From Bacteroidetes bacterium GWF2_35_48 (lineage in GTDB: Bacteria > Bacteroidota > Bacteroidia > Bacteroidales > GWF2-35-48), in assembly GCA_001769125.1 (NCBI GenBank), contig MEOG01000096.1:69130-133129 (forward strand): a DNA stretch of 64,000 nt, given 5' to 3'. The notes under the pieces are model-generated. The model did no database searches. It saw nothing but the letters and a program-made list of their open reading frames with translations, and was not told the DNA's origin. The position numbers were made by a program, and so were the translations under genes. This document shows, one piece after another, positions 1 through 9,295 of this stretch (position 1 is its first letter; every line of letters starts with the position of its first letter).

Positions 1-1692
1 ATAAATAAATCGTTTGCCCGTATAATTATAACTGTAGTGAAGAAAAATATTTTTCCATTGTGCGTGCAGAAATGAATTTAACGTATGATAAGGCACATAT
101 ATAAGTTGTTTTAATTGAGCATCTACTTTGTTTACTGCATTTGTATATGTGTAATTTGAAGACAGCGCCCATTTCATTTTTTTAATTTCCCCTGAATATT
201 TTACAGACATTTCTATTCCTTTAGAGGTTACATCTTTAAGATTTTGAGCTGTCCAGAAAGATGAGCCTTCCTGAGGTATCCAGACGATATTATCTTTTGT
301 TTCCGAATAAAAAAATGCAAATTGTGCATTCAGTTTTTGATTGTCATTGTTTAATTTGATGGTAGCCTCCGAACCTACTTCTGAAAAATATCCTGACTCA
401 GGTTTCAGCTCTGTATTTCCTCCCGGATTCCAGTACAAATCATTCATGCCCGGAAGCTTATAATTTCTGCAAAAACTACCTTTCAGTTTCAAATCATATT
501 TTTTTTGTAAAATGTACTCCATGCCTAAGGAAGGGACAAATGGAAAATATTTCATATCTGTAATTTCCTGCTTTAGTAATGTAAGAATCGTTAATTTTTC
601 TTTCATCAGAATTGTTTTTGCGCCTGCCATTATTGCAATTGTATTTCTTGTTTTTGAATACAGATAATTATTCGTATTCACAAGATTATGCGAGGCATCT
701 AATGAAGATAAAACAATGAATGTATTTGACAAATTATACTTCCCTTCTGTATGCAGGTTAAAAATATTTTCTCTATTTTCAGAATGAATGAAAGCTGTGT
801 TGTTTACATAATCCATGCTGTTCCATAAAAAAGCAAAACGCGTGGTTAAAGTATATTTTTCCTGAACAGAATTCCATTCTGCAGATGATTTAATAAACTC
901 CGTTTTTTGTTTCTCATTGCCATTGCTGCCCGGCAAAAAACATTCATTTTTCTGACTCCATACAGCGAAAGAAGCGGATTGATTTTTTTTCAGTTTCACA
1001 TATAATTCCTGCATGATTCCTCCATTGGAAAAAGAAGAATTTGTATTTCGTAGATCTTCGCTCCCATCGTATAATTTGTAGGGATAATTGTTTGCAGAAT
1101 AATTATAAAAAAAGCGTGTATTTGATTGAATGATGCCAATTCCAAGGCCTGCGGAAATATAAGTTCCGTACGAATCAAAACTGCCTGCTGTTTGTGTGAT
1201 ATTCACAGAATATTTACGATTCCAATCAGGCTTATTTACAATATGAATGCTGCCACCAAAAGCTCCGGAATTATTTGATAGTGCGGCTCCTCCCTGATAT
1301 AAAATTATATTGTCAAATAAAAAAACAGGAAGTGAATTCAAATCAGCCTGACCGAGCATTGTTGAATTTATATTAATACCATTCCACAAAACCTGCGTAT
1401 GGCTTGAAGCTGCTCCCCTGAATGAAGATGTGGCAATACGCCCCGGTCCATAAGATTTGATAAAAGCAGGAGAGCCTGCTTCTAAAACTCTGGCAAGACT
1501 GGCTGCTTGATAATTTTGAATGATTGCGGAATCTATTTCAGTAACTTTAATCCCTGTATAATCCGGAGAATATTTTTCTGTTATTGTAACTTCTTTTATT
1601 TTTATTGTATCTGATAAAGACTGCGAAAAACATAGTACTGAAATGCCTTGTATGAATACAAGCAAAAACAAATATTTATGCACTCTTTTCAC
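1..1692 (-). CDS. TonB-dependent receptor, N-terminal ~564 aa (gene runs off the left edge); probable corrinoid transporter given the upstream B12 riboswitch
   Basis: Not in the ORF track (GTG start, no in-window stop). Manual minus-strand translation from GTG at 1692 gives MKRVHKYLFLLVFIQGISVLCFSQS (signal peptide), then the plug-like SFRGAASSHTQVLWNGININS. I checked every codon of this frame down to nt 1 and found no stop. The last residues, YSYNYTGKRFIY, look like barrel strands. The start lies 3 nt after the stop of the upstream gene. Confidence 0.8.
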   Translation of the reverse strand, partial: MKRVHKYLFLLVFIQGISVLCFSQSLSDTIKIKEVTITEKYSPDYTGIKVTEIDSAIIQNYQAASLARVLEAGSPAFIKSYGPGRIATSSFRGAASSHTQVLWNGININSTMLGQADLNSLPVFLFDNIILYQGGAALSNNSGAFGGSIHIVNKPDWNRKYSVNITQTAGSFDSYGTYISAGLGIGIIQSNTRFFYNYSANNYPYKLYDGSEDLRNTNSSFSNGGIMQELYVKLKKNQSASFAVWSQKNECFLPGSNGNEKQKTEFIKSSAEWNSVQEKYTLTTRFAFLWNSMDYVNNTAFIHSENRENIFNLHTEGKYNLSNTFIVLSSLDASHNLVNTNNYLYSKTRNTIAIMAGAKTILMKEKLTILTLLKQEITDMKYFPFVPSLGMEYILQKKYDLKLKGSFCRNYKLPGMNDLYWNPGGNTELKPESGYFSEVGSEATIKLNNDNQKLNAQFAFFYSETKDNIVWIPQEGSSFWTAQNLKDVTSKGIEMSVKYSGEIKKMKWALSSNYTYTNAVNKVDAQLKQLIYVPYHTLNSFLHAQWKNIFLHYSYNYTGKRFIY

Positions 1693-1695
1693 AAG

Positions 1696-2721
1696 CTATT
1701 GAACAATAATTTTTTCATAAAAAAATTCATGCTCTGTTTTTATTTTCAGAAAATAAAAACCTTTTGAAAACGATTCTGTTAATATAGAAATTTCATCTGT
1801 ATTCGGTTGCATAAATAATATCTCTTTTCCTGAAATATTAGTAATCACAATAGATTTCATTGTTTTTTCAAACATGGAAATTGTAATTTTTTCTTGAGCA
1901 GGATTCGGATAAATACTCAAAATATTTTTTGTTGTTAAAGACAAAATATTACTAGTATTATTATGAATTACACCCACGGCATCCAAATCGAAACCACAGG
2001 AATTGAAAGGCGTTGGCCATGGATCATTGATATAATTTCCCTGCGAATCTTTCGTTCCGTAATCTGGATTAATACTTCCCACTACATCAATAATACGCAT
2101 ATGAGAAATCGCTTTAACATTTAAAGCGCAAGCTCCTCTCAGTTCTTCAAGATCAAACGGAGTTCCATAACCGCTTCTGTATTTTCCTGCAAGATTATGC
2201 AACTGCCGTGTATCAAGTGTGTCAAAAGCACCAGTTTGTTGTGAGGTTTGTGTAAGAGAAATCGCATGAAACCTGTGATAGTTAATACTGTCAGAGCTTA
2301 CTTCCACGAATGCCAGTTCTAAAAAATTATCATTAAAACTGTTTTCAAAAATTGCAAAATCAAATCCGGTTCCGTTTGAAATAGGAGGATTAAAGCGAAG
2401 TGTAGCAATACCACCATCTCCAAGACTTACCACCATATTATCGGGAACTCCGCATGCTGCCTCATCGTTTCCATAAGAAGCAAGACTGTCGGGATTGTCT
2501 GAAATATCCACAGAACCTCTCTGAACCTTACAAGAAGCTGCCCACGATTTAAAACAGGAGCTGTCTTTGTGAATGGCCGTTGTTCCGAAATATCCCACAG
2601 GGGGTGCATATTGAGAAAATAATGATAATGGAGTCAACAACAGAAAAAATAATCCAAAAGTGAATTTTTTTCTAACCAAAAACTTACTTTTTTTCAAACA
2701 CTTTTTAAATTTTATTATCAT
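1696..2721 (-). CDS. Secreted protein of unknown function with T9SS type-A C-terminal sorting domain
   Basis: ORF 1696..2733. The ATG at 2721 forms an ATGA overlap with the upstream stop, so it is the likely start. It has a signal peptide (FGLFFLLLTPLSLFSQ) and a C-terminus LSIYPNPAQEKITISM...GFYFLKIKT typical of the T9SS CTD. The central block FDFAIFENSF..LELAFVEVSSD is a conserved but unnamed domain. Confidence 0.75.
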   Translation of the reverse strand: MIIKFKKCLKKSKFLVRKKFTFGLFFLLLTPLSLFSQYAPPVGYFGTTAIHKDSSCFKSWAASCKVQRGSVDISDNPDSLASYGNDEAACGVPDNMVVSLGDGGIATLRFNPPISNGTGFDFAIFENSFNDNFLELAFVEVSSDSINYHRFHAISLTQTSQQTGAFDTLDTRQLHNLAGKYRSGYGTPFDLEELRGACALNVKAISHMRIIDVVGSINPDYGTKDSQGNYINDPWPTPFNSCGFDLDAVGVIHNNTSNILSLTTKNILSIYPNPAQEKITISMFEKTMKSIVITNISGKEILFMQPNTDEISILTESFSKGFYFLKIKTEHEFFYEKIIVQ

Positions 2722-4007
2722 TTGACAAAGCATTTTGATGTAACCCTATTTTCACTGATTATTTTTATCAGATACATACCAGACGGCAAAAAAGAAACAT
2801 CAAGTTTTTGCAATCCACCCTCTAAAGCATTTGTGTTTAAACAAATCTTACCTGTTACATCCGAAATTACTATATTTTCTATAGCTTGCATAGAAGAAAC
2901 AAAAAGATAATTTTGAACAGGATTCGGATAAACATTAACAAAATCGTTTTGTAATTCATCCTTTGTTCCGGATGTTACATCTACATTTACCACTACTGTA
3001 CCACAAACCTGATAATTTCCCGAAGAAGCGCATATATAAAGGGTATCCTGACATGTATAATTTTTCACAGGAATATTTGGATATATATAGAGAAGACTAT
3101 CTTCAATATACCAGGAGGAACATATAAACCCATTTGAATTAATAACATTAAAAGTAAGCAACGAATCGTGTGTATCTGCATCATTAAATAATTGATACAA
3201 ATTTATTATTTCCTGAAAATTATTGTCTGTAAAAAAAATGTTGCTTAAAGTATCTGTAACCTGAGGGATACAGTCTGCAATAAAATCATCCATACAATAA
3301 TAACCGGGCGTGTTCATTCCCAACTGTCCGTTATCTGTTGATGTCAGTACCATTTCGAGGCTATCCACAACGCCCAGAGACTCAAGGTTTACCCATTCCC
3401 AGTCTTTAACAATATAATCCAGATTATTATCCTCGAAGCGATAATCTGCCAGATAAAAATCAATAGTATCGGTTTGTATTCCGCTCCTGTAGCCCCAAAT
3501 GCTCAATTTAAACCAGTCGGGATCATCGCCACTATCTCCTCCGAATTTTTTTGAGTAGTCATCTCCATCGCGCATGCTGATTGCAGCATAGGTATTATTA
3601 GTAACATAAAATCCCCTAACAATTTTAGGATGCTGCGGATTCAATAAAATTAAACGAGTAACAGGATAACAATATCCCACGGCAAATTTTTCAGATTCAT
3701 TAACGCCTTTACCGGTATAAGAACTATATTGATTTGTAAAACCTGCCGTAATCGTATCACTCATGTTAGAAAAAGCATAGCCATCCCAGGAAGTAAAACC
3801 ACCGCCCCAGTCTTCAAAATTATTTTTAAAAAAAACAGCGCCGTTCGTAAAACCTCCTGAAAAATCTGAACCATTGTAAAACGAATCAGGTGGGAGCGAA
3901 AAGCTTTCAAAAGAAGAAACTGTTTGTGCGAAAACATTACGATTAATGCCGATAATAAACAAACACACTGCAAGAGCAGCAATTCTGATTTTAGAGAAAC
4001 ACAACAT
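2718..4007 (-). CDS. DUF4465-like surface protein with T9SS C-terminal sorting domain
   Basis: ORF 2718..4082 starts at TTG. The ATG at 4007 gives a clean signal peptide, MLCFSKIRIAALAVCLFIIGINRNVFAQ. The N-terminal motif SFESFSLPPDSFYNGSD..GGF.......W.GYAFSN matches my recollection of DUF4465. The C-terminus VNVYPNPVQNYLFV...GMYLIKII is a T9SS CTD. Confidence 0.8.
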   Translation of the reverse strand: MLCFSKIRIAALAVCLFIIGINRNVFAQTVSSFESFSLPPDSFYNGSDFSGGFTNGAVFFKNNFEDWGGGFTSWDGYAFSNMSDTITAGFTNQYSSYTGKGVNESEKFAVGYCYPVTRLILLNPQHPKIVRGFYVTNNTYAAISMRDGDDYSKKFGGDSGDDPDWFKLSIWGYRSGIQTDTIDFYLADYRFEDNNLDYIVKDWEWVNLESLGVVDSLEMVLTSTDNGQLGMNTPGYYCMDDFIADCIPQVTDTLSNIFFTDNNFQEIINLYQLFNDADTHDSLLTFNVINSNGFICSSWYIEDSLLYIYPNIPVKNYTCQDTLYICASSGNYQVCGTVVVNVDVTSGTKDELQNDFVNVYPNPVQNYLFVSSMQAIENIVISDVTGKICLNTNALEGGLQKLDVSFLPSGMYLIKIISENRVTSKCFVK

Positions 4008-4159
4008 AGAGTTAAAAAAATTAGTTAAACAATAATGATTGATGCCCGAAAAAGCAATAAATACATTTCCGGACTGAAACAATCTTTACTCGTAAACTAA
4101 ACGGAAAAATTAAGGTTGTATTAATTTACCTTAAGCTTTTTGTCCCGAAAGCGTTTGAA

Positions 4160-4320
4160 TAATGATTTTGCAATGGCAGGTCTTCTGACTACTCCACCTT
4201 TTCGGCGCCTTCCCGTAACAAATTTATTACAGTGGCTAAGATGCCGATGGTTTAACGGAGATCACAGCAGCGGGTACTGTTCCCGGTTCACACGGGATTC
4301 CCTATTGTCTTGTGGTTTGA
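4160..4320 (-). promoter_or_regulatory. Cobalamin (B12) riboswitch, 5' leader of the 4007->1 operon
   Basis: The minus strand reads AATAGGGAATCCCGTGTGAACCGGGAACAGTACCCGCTGCTGT ... GCCACTGT ... GGGAAGGCG ... AGTCAGAAGACCTGCC. The last block is the B12 box (forward 4175-4190). The order and spacing of the conserved blocks fit the cobalamin riboswitch consensus. A weak hairpin plus T-run at ~4108-4140 may be the expression platform. Confidence 0.85.
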
Positions 4321-4347
4321 ATAAACACAAAGAACCATTAACAAGTG

Positions 4348-4355
4348 CAAAAATA
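4348..4355 (-). promoter_or_regulatory. Bacteroidota -7 promoter box (TATTTTTG) for the riboswitch operon
   Basis: The minus strand matches TAnnTTTG about 25 nt upstream of the first conserved riboswitch block. Confidence 0.4.
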
Positions 4356-4634
4356 TAAAAATTTACATAATGTAAATATGCTTTCGGGAAAAAATATTAT
4401 TCTTTTTTAACAAGCCCACGCTGTTTCGGATTTGTGCCATACTGAACCACACGGGCTCGGATTTGCAATCCGAGGCAATTTTTCGCAATTAAATTTTTGC
4501 AGCCCGAATCAAAAAGCAAAAATAGTGCTGTTACATATAAAGCTTGCGTCTTAAAACTGATTAAACAAGTTCGCATATAAAAAATATGTGATATATATCA
4601 GCCATATAGCGTCTAAAAATGTGTTAGAAAAAAT

Positions 4635-4642
4635 TATATTTG
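4635..4642 (+). promoter_or_regulatory. -7 promoter box TATATTTG upstream of sodB
   Basis: TAnnTTTG match 33 nt upstream of the ATG at 4675. Confidence 0.4.
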
Positions 4643-4674
4643 CTAAAAATTATTAACTAATAAATTATACAACT

Positions 4675-5256
4675 ATGTTATTCGAATTACCAAAATTACC
4701 CTATGCTATCAATGCACTGGAACCCCATATCAGCCAGAAAACGCTTGAGTTTCATTACGGCAAACATCATCTGGCTTATGTTACAAACCTGAATGGTTTG
4801 GTACCGGGCACAAAATTTGAAAATGCTTCTTTAGAACAAATAATTCGCGAAGCCGATGGCGGAATTTTCAACAACGGTGCGCAGGTTTGGAATCATACAT
4901 TTTACTGGGAAGGCTTTACTCCTGTCGGTGGTGGAGAACCCGGCGGAAAATTACAGGAAGCAATTCTGAAAAATTTCGGTTCTTTGGCTGAATTTAAAGA
5001 AAAATTTACGAAAGCTTCTGCTACTTTGTTTGGCGCTGGCTGGTCGTGGTTGGTTGCAAAACAAGATGGAACACTTGATATTGTTCAGGAGAGCAATGCC
5101 GGAAATCCCCTTCGCGCAAATCTGAAACCCCTGCTTACTTGTGATGTGTGGGAACATGCCTATTATTTAGATTTTCAGAACAGGCGACCCGACTATGTAA
5201 ATACTTTCTGGAATTTAATAGACTGGAAAAAAATCGAAGAAAGATTTAGTAAATAG
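4675..5256 (+). CDS. sodB: Fe/Mn superoxide dismutase
   Basis: 193 aa. Carries LPYAINALEPHISQKTLEFHYGKHH and DVWEHAYYLDFQNRRPDYV, the classic Fe/Mn-SOD metal-ligand motifs. Confidence 0.95.
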   Translation: MLFELPKLPYAINALEPHISQKTLEFHYGKHHLAYVTNLNGLVPGTKFENASLEQIIREADGGIFNNGAQVWNHTFYWEGFTPVGGGEPGGKLQEAILKNFGSLAEFKEKFTKASATLFGAGWSWLVAKQDGTLDIVQESNAGNPLRANLKPLLTCDVWEHAYYLDFQNRRPDYVNTFWNLIDWKKIEERFSK

Positions 5257-5399
5257 TGTTTGCAAGAAAACGCCAACTACTGCGTTACTCTTGTCATGAA
5301 AACAGTCATTTACAAAAGTAAACTCCTTGGTTTTCATGACTTCGAAAGCCTTGTATTTGACGTTTTCTTTGTCAAACACATTGTTTTCTTGCAGACAAA
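5256..5399 (+). repeat. Structured intergenic repeat, family A copy 1 (outer IR GTGTTTGCAAGAAAACG/CGTTTTCTTTGTCAAACAC, inner IR GTCATGAAAAC/GTTTTCATGAC)
   Basis: Begins at the G of the sodB TAG stop. The ~100-nt core is near-identical to 23219-23318. An extra half-site, GTTTTCTTGCAGAC, sits at 5383-5396. Confidence 0.7.
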
Positions 5400-5412
5400 A
5401 AAAATGAATTTT

Positions 5413-5453
5413 AAAAAAGCAGAGGCGCAATGAATTGCGCCTCTGCTTTTTTT
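5413..5453. terminator. Bidirectional intrinsic terminator between convergent sodB and the M13 peptidase gene
   Basis: 12-bp GC-rich stem GCAGAGGCGCAA/TTGCGCCTCTGC (5419-5446) with loop TGAA, flanked by an A6 run upstream and a T7 run downstream. Confidence 0.8.
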
Positions 5454-7494
5454 ACCATACGCTTAGGCGTAAACCATTTCGAATAAATCTTTTTCCTGAT
5501 GTAATTTTAAAAGCATCATAAAAATCATCCAACTGATAAACCACTCCATTAACGCGGGCATCAGATGGAGAATGCACGTCTTCACGCAATCTTCTGATTT
5601 GTTCTTTTTCCCGAATACTTATTTTCCACATTTGCCCGTAGGAAATAAAAAAGCGCTGAATAGGAGTATATCCGTCAATCTTTTCATCTTTCTTTTCGTT
5701 ATTTATTTTTTTAAATGCAGTGAGTGAAATTGCTAGTCCGCCAAGATCTGCAATATTTTCACTCAATGTCAGGCGACCATCAACAGTGAAAGAGTCTAAC
5801 ACTGTATAATTATTAAAAAAAGTTACGAGAGGCTCTACCTGATTTAAAAATTTTTCTTCATCCTGAGAAGTCCACCAGTTCTGAGCAGTGCCTTCTTTGT
5901 TATATTTTCGTCCTTGTTCATCAAAGCCATGCGTCATTTCATGCCCTATTACTGCTCCGATAGCTCCGTAATTAATGGCATCATCGGCAGAGGGATCAAA
6001 AAATGGAGGTTGAAGCATAGCAGCCGGGAAAATAAGTTCATTCTGACTTACGGAATAATAAGAATTGAGTGTTTGTGGCGTTACCGGCCAGCGATTCGGA
6101 TTTACTGGTTTGTCAATTCTATGTAATTCTTTTTTTACATTAAAAGCAAGGACATTGTAAACATTGCCTATGTAATTTTCATTTGAAACAGTTAAATCGG
6201 TGTAATCACGCCATTTTTCAGGATATCCGATTTTAAGACGCATGGCTTCAAGCTTTTCAATAGCCTTGCTTTTTGTTTCAGAAGTCATCCATTGTAGATT
6301 TTGAATTCTCTCTTTAAGAGCAGCACGAATATTTTCAACCATAACAACCGCTTTTTCCTTTGAGGCAGAAGAAAAATAGGCATCTACATAAAGCTTACCT
6401 ACTGCATTGCCGAGTATTTGATTCATTAAAGAAATTACTCGTTTATCTTGTTCCGGTGCTTCCATAATACCTCTTAAAAAACGACTGAAAAATGAAAAAT
6501 GTTCTTCATACAAACCTCCAGACATGTACTCGGATGCATGATTCAGAATACACCATTTGTAATACATTTTCAATTCTTCCTGAGAAATATTTTTTATCAG
6601 CGTATTGAATTCATTAAAAAAATCCGGTTGCCGAACATTTATTTTTTTAGGAGAAACTTCAAGTGTAGCAAAATATTTATTCCAGTTAAAATCCGGAAAT
6701 TTTTGTTTGAGCTCATCCTGAGAATGCAAATTATAGATTTGTTTAACATCTCTTTGCTGAATAGCAGTCATGGAAACAATTGCCAGTTTTTTTTCTATTT
6801 CAAAAACAAGCTTTGCCGCATGTTCTGCTTTATTTTTTTTCATACCAGCCAATTCAAACATAGCGCTTATATGGCTGATGTACTCGCTTTTTACAATTTG
6901 AAAATTTTGTTCTTCACTCAGGTACATGTTTTTGTCGAACAATCCGGTTCCTCCCTGACTCAATTGCGCGATAATCATTTTGCTGTTCATTGCATCCGTA
7001 CCGGGAAAAAAATAGAAAAAAGGATAAATCCCGCGTGCATGAAAAGATGCAAGGTTATTTAATAAATCTTCTTTTGTATTATATTGGTCAATTTGGTCAA
7101 ACGTTGTTTTAATGAATTTCTTTTGCTCTTTCGCAATTTTAGAAGAATCAATCCCGGAATTATAAAACACGCCAAGTTTTTTTGTGGTTTTAGAAACATT
7201 AAGATCGGACAAGCCGGCAATAATTAAAATATTTTGAATTTTTTCCAGATTAATTTCCTCTAATTTCTCAAAAGAGCTGAATCTGCTGAAACGCTCGGGT
7301 ACAGGATTTCTTTCAATCCATGCTTTATTACTGAAGAGATAAAAATCATCAGCAGGATCAATCGTTTCATCCATATAAGATATAGAAAATACAGACTCAG
7401 CCTCATAGCTAATGGGCTCATGAAAACTAACAGTAACACATGCATGAAATATCAGCCCTGAAAGAAAAATTATTAATATTGCTATTGTCCGCAT
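5452..7494 (-). CDS. pepO: M13 family zinc metallopeptidase (PepO / endothelin-converting-enzyme-like)
   Basis: The ORF has HEMTHGFD (HExxH) and ENIADLGG motifs and a signal peptide. The ATG at 7494 is one codon inside the TTG start reported in the track. Confidence 0.9.
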   Translation of the reverse strand: MRTIAILIIFLSGLIFHACVTVSFHEPISYEAESVFSISYMDETIDPADDFYLFSNKAWIERNPVPERFSRFSSFEKLEEINLEKIQNILIIAGLSDLNVSKTTKKLGVFYNSGIDSSKIAKEQKKFIKTTFDQIDQYNTKEDLLNNLASFHARGIYPFFYFFPGTDAMNSKMIIAQLSQGGTGLFDKNMYLSEEQNFQIVKSEYISHISAMFELAGMKKNKAEHAAKLVFEIEKKLAIVSMTAIQQRDVKQIYNLHSQDELKQKFPDFNWNKYFATLEVSPKKINVRQPDFFNEFNTLIKNISQEELKMYYKWCILNHASEYMSGGLYEEHFSFFSRFLRGIMEAPEQDKRVISLMNQILGNAVGKLYVDAYFSSASKEKAVVMVENIRAALKERIQNLQWMTSETKSKAIEKLEAMRLKIGYPEKWRDYTDLTVSNENYIGNVYNVLAFNVKKELHRIDKPVNPNRWPVTPQTLNSYYSVSQNELIFPAAMLQPPFFDPSADDAINYGAIGAVIGHEMTHGFDEQGRKYNKEGTAQNWWTSQDEEKFLNQVEPLVTFFNNYTVLDSFTVDGRLTLSENIADLGGLAISLTAFKKINNEKKDEKIDGYTPIQRFFISYGQMWKISIREKEQIRRLREDVHSPSDARVNGVVYQLDDFYDAFKITSGKRFIRNGLRLSVW

Positions 7495-7680
7495 CAAAGT
7501 TTATTTAATGCAATTTTAGTAAAAAAAATGAATTAAGAGTATTTCTGTTTCGGTTTTCATGATACAAATCAAATTTCATGCTTTTTTTTAATTCAATTTT
7601 TATTATTTTATGAAACAAATAAATTTGTTAATATTTCACACAAAGATTTATCTTCGCAGTATAAAATAAAATCATGCTTT

Positions 7681-8934
7681 ATGAACCTGCTGATAAAAAA
7701 CATACATACTTTAGTACAAGTAGAAGACAAGCCTAAACTTCTTATTAAAGGTAAAGATATGGCGAAATTAAAGACCATCAAAGATGCGTATCTTTATATA
7801 GAAAAAGATATTATTTCTGATTTCGGAAAAATGAATGAGCTTCCGAAAAAATATTTAGCATCATCAAAAAATAAAATAAAAGAAATTGATGCCAAAGGAA
7901 AATTTGTTTTCCCTTCGTTTTGCGATTCCCATACGCATTTAGTATACGCAGGCAATCGGGAGATTGAATACATAGATAAAATCAGAGGTTTGTCTTATGA
8001 AGAAATTGCAAAAAGAGGTGGGGGAATTCTGAATTCTGCAAAAAAATTGCACAATACAAGCGAAAAAGATCTGTATGAACAATCGTTGAAAAGAATAGAA
8101 GAAATAATTTCATTGGGAACCGGTGCTGTTGAAATAAAAAGCGGTTATGGATTGAATACAGAAGATGAAATGAAAATGCTTCGTGTAATTAAAAAATTAA
8201 AAGTAAACACGCCATTAATAATTAAAGCAACATTTCTCGGGGCACATGCTGTTCCTGCTGAATATAAAGGAAGACAAAGCGAGTATGTTGATCTTATCAT
8301 TAATGAAATGATTCCTATGATTGCCGCAGAAGAACTTGCTGATTATATTGATGTATTTTGCGACAGAGGGTTTTTTACGGTTGAAGATACAGAGCGCATT
8401 TTAATGGCAGGATTGAAGTACGGTTTACGACCAAAAATTCACGCGAATGAGCTTGATTTTTCAGGGGGAATACAGGCTGGGGTTAAATATAATGCGCTTT
8501 CTGTTGATCATCTCGAATTTACTGGAGACAAAGAAATTGAAACCTTGTTGCAATCGGAAACAATGCCCACGCTGCTACCCGGTGCTGCTTTTTTCCTTGG
8601 CATGATTGAACCGCCTGCAAGAAAAATGATTGAGTCAGGACTCCCTCTGGCACTTGCATCTGATTACAATCCCGGCTCTTCTCCCTCCGGAAATATGAAA
8701 TTTATTATGTCTTTAGGATGCATTAAACTGCGACTTTTACCCGAAGAAGTAATTAATGCCGTTACCATTAACGGCGCTTATGCAATGGGTGTAAGTGATG
8801 TTACCGGTAGTATTGCGCGCGGAAAAAAAGCAAATGTATTTATCACAAAAGAAATTCCTTCTTATGGATTCATGCCCTATGCCTATGGCAGCAATTTAAT
8901 TGATACTGTAATTCTTAATGGGAAAGTTGTTTAA
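7681..8934 (+). CDS. hutI: Imidazolonepropionase
   Basis: 417 aa. FCDSHTHLVYAGNRE, KIHANE and ASDYNPGSSP are amidohydrolase/HutI signatures. Confidence 0.9.
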   Translation: MNLLIKNIHTLVQVEDKPKLLIKGKDMAKLKTIKDAYLYIEKDIISDFGKMNELPKKYLASSKNKIKEIDAKGKFVFPSFCDSHTHLVYAGNREIEYIDKIRGLSYEEIAKRGGGILNSAKKLHNTSEKDLYEQSLKRIEEIISLGTGAVEIKSGYGLNTEDEMKMLRVIKKLKVNTPLIIKATFLGAHAVPAEYKGRQSEYVDLIINEMIPMIAAEELADYIDVFCDRGFFTVEDTERILMAGLKYGLRPKIHANELDFSGGIQAGVKYNALSVDHLEFTGDKEIETLLQSETMPTLLPGAAFFLGMIEPPARKMIESGLPLALASDYNPGSSPSGNMKFIMSLGCIKLRLLPEEVINAVTINGAYAMGVSDVTGSIARGKKANVFITKEIPSYGFMPYAYGSNLIDTVILNGKVV

Positions 8935-9295
8935 TCGTGTTGGCGTATATGCGTTAATCTATTAAATCAAGAATAATTTTGATATTCTCTTTAACTATTT
9001 CAGAAGTGTCTTTTTGTAATACTCCTTTTTTTTTTACATAAACCCTAACGGTAGAGGGCTGGCACGGTTTTTTTACCTTAGCCCTACGTGCATGACGTCA
9101 GCCTAGCGTTTCAATAAAATAAAATTGAGCGACACCCTTTGTTACCAACTGTGCGACTTTTATCAATTATTTTTCTAATCACAAATATAATTATTTTTTA
9201 TGACTACATATTTAGTAAGGTTGGATATCAAAAAAACAAGATAATGTTTTGTAGTCTTCACGAATTGTCTTATAATCGGTCTTTTAAAAATATTT

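Noticed and set aside
4140-4358. 72-aa plus-strand ORF
   Set aside because: It lies exactly antisense to the cobalamin riboswitch. Its relatively GC-rich codons are explained by the RNA structure, not by coding.
4410-4510. Hairpin CTCGGATTTGCAATCCGAG (4456-4474) with related words TTCGGATTTG / CCCGAATC nearby, upstream of sodB
   Set aside because: It is probably another small member of the repeat landscape. It has only a 7-bp stem and loosely related flanking words, with no second copy in the window, so it is not strong enough for a separate call.
6499-7062. 187-aa ORF antisense to the M13 peptidase gene. Similar antisense ORFs occur at 22117-22599, 34570-35133, 37975-38337, 40013-43473 (several), 56253-56616 and 59856-60266
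   Set aside because: All lie inside well-supported genes on the other strand. They have low-complexity or Cys/His/Ser-skewed composition and no signal, motif or promoter box. They are typical shadow ORFs.
8990-9140. Possible small structured RNA or tRNA fragment in the hutI-yoeB gap (GGGCTGGCAC...AGCCC hairpin; minus-strand GCACAGTTGGTAAC resembling a tRNA D-loop; TGACGTCA palindrome)
   Set aside because: I could not assemble a cloverleaf or any known RNA family fold by eye. It may be an integration scar, but the evidence is too thin to call. A tRNAscan or Rfam scan would settle it.
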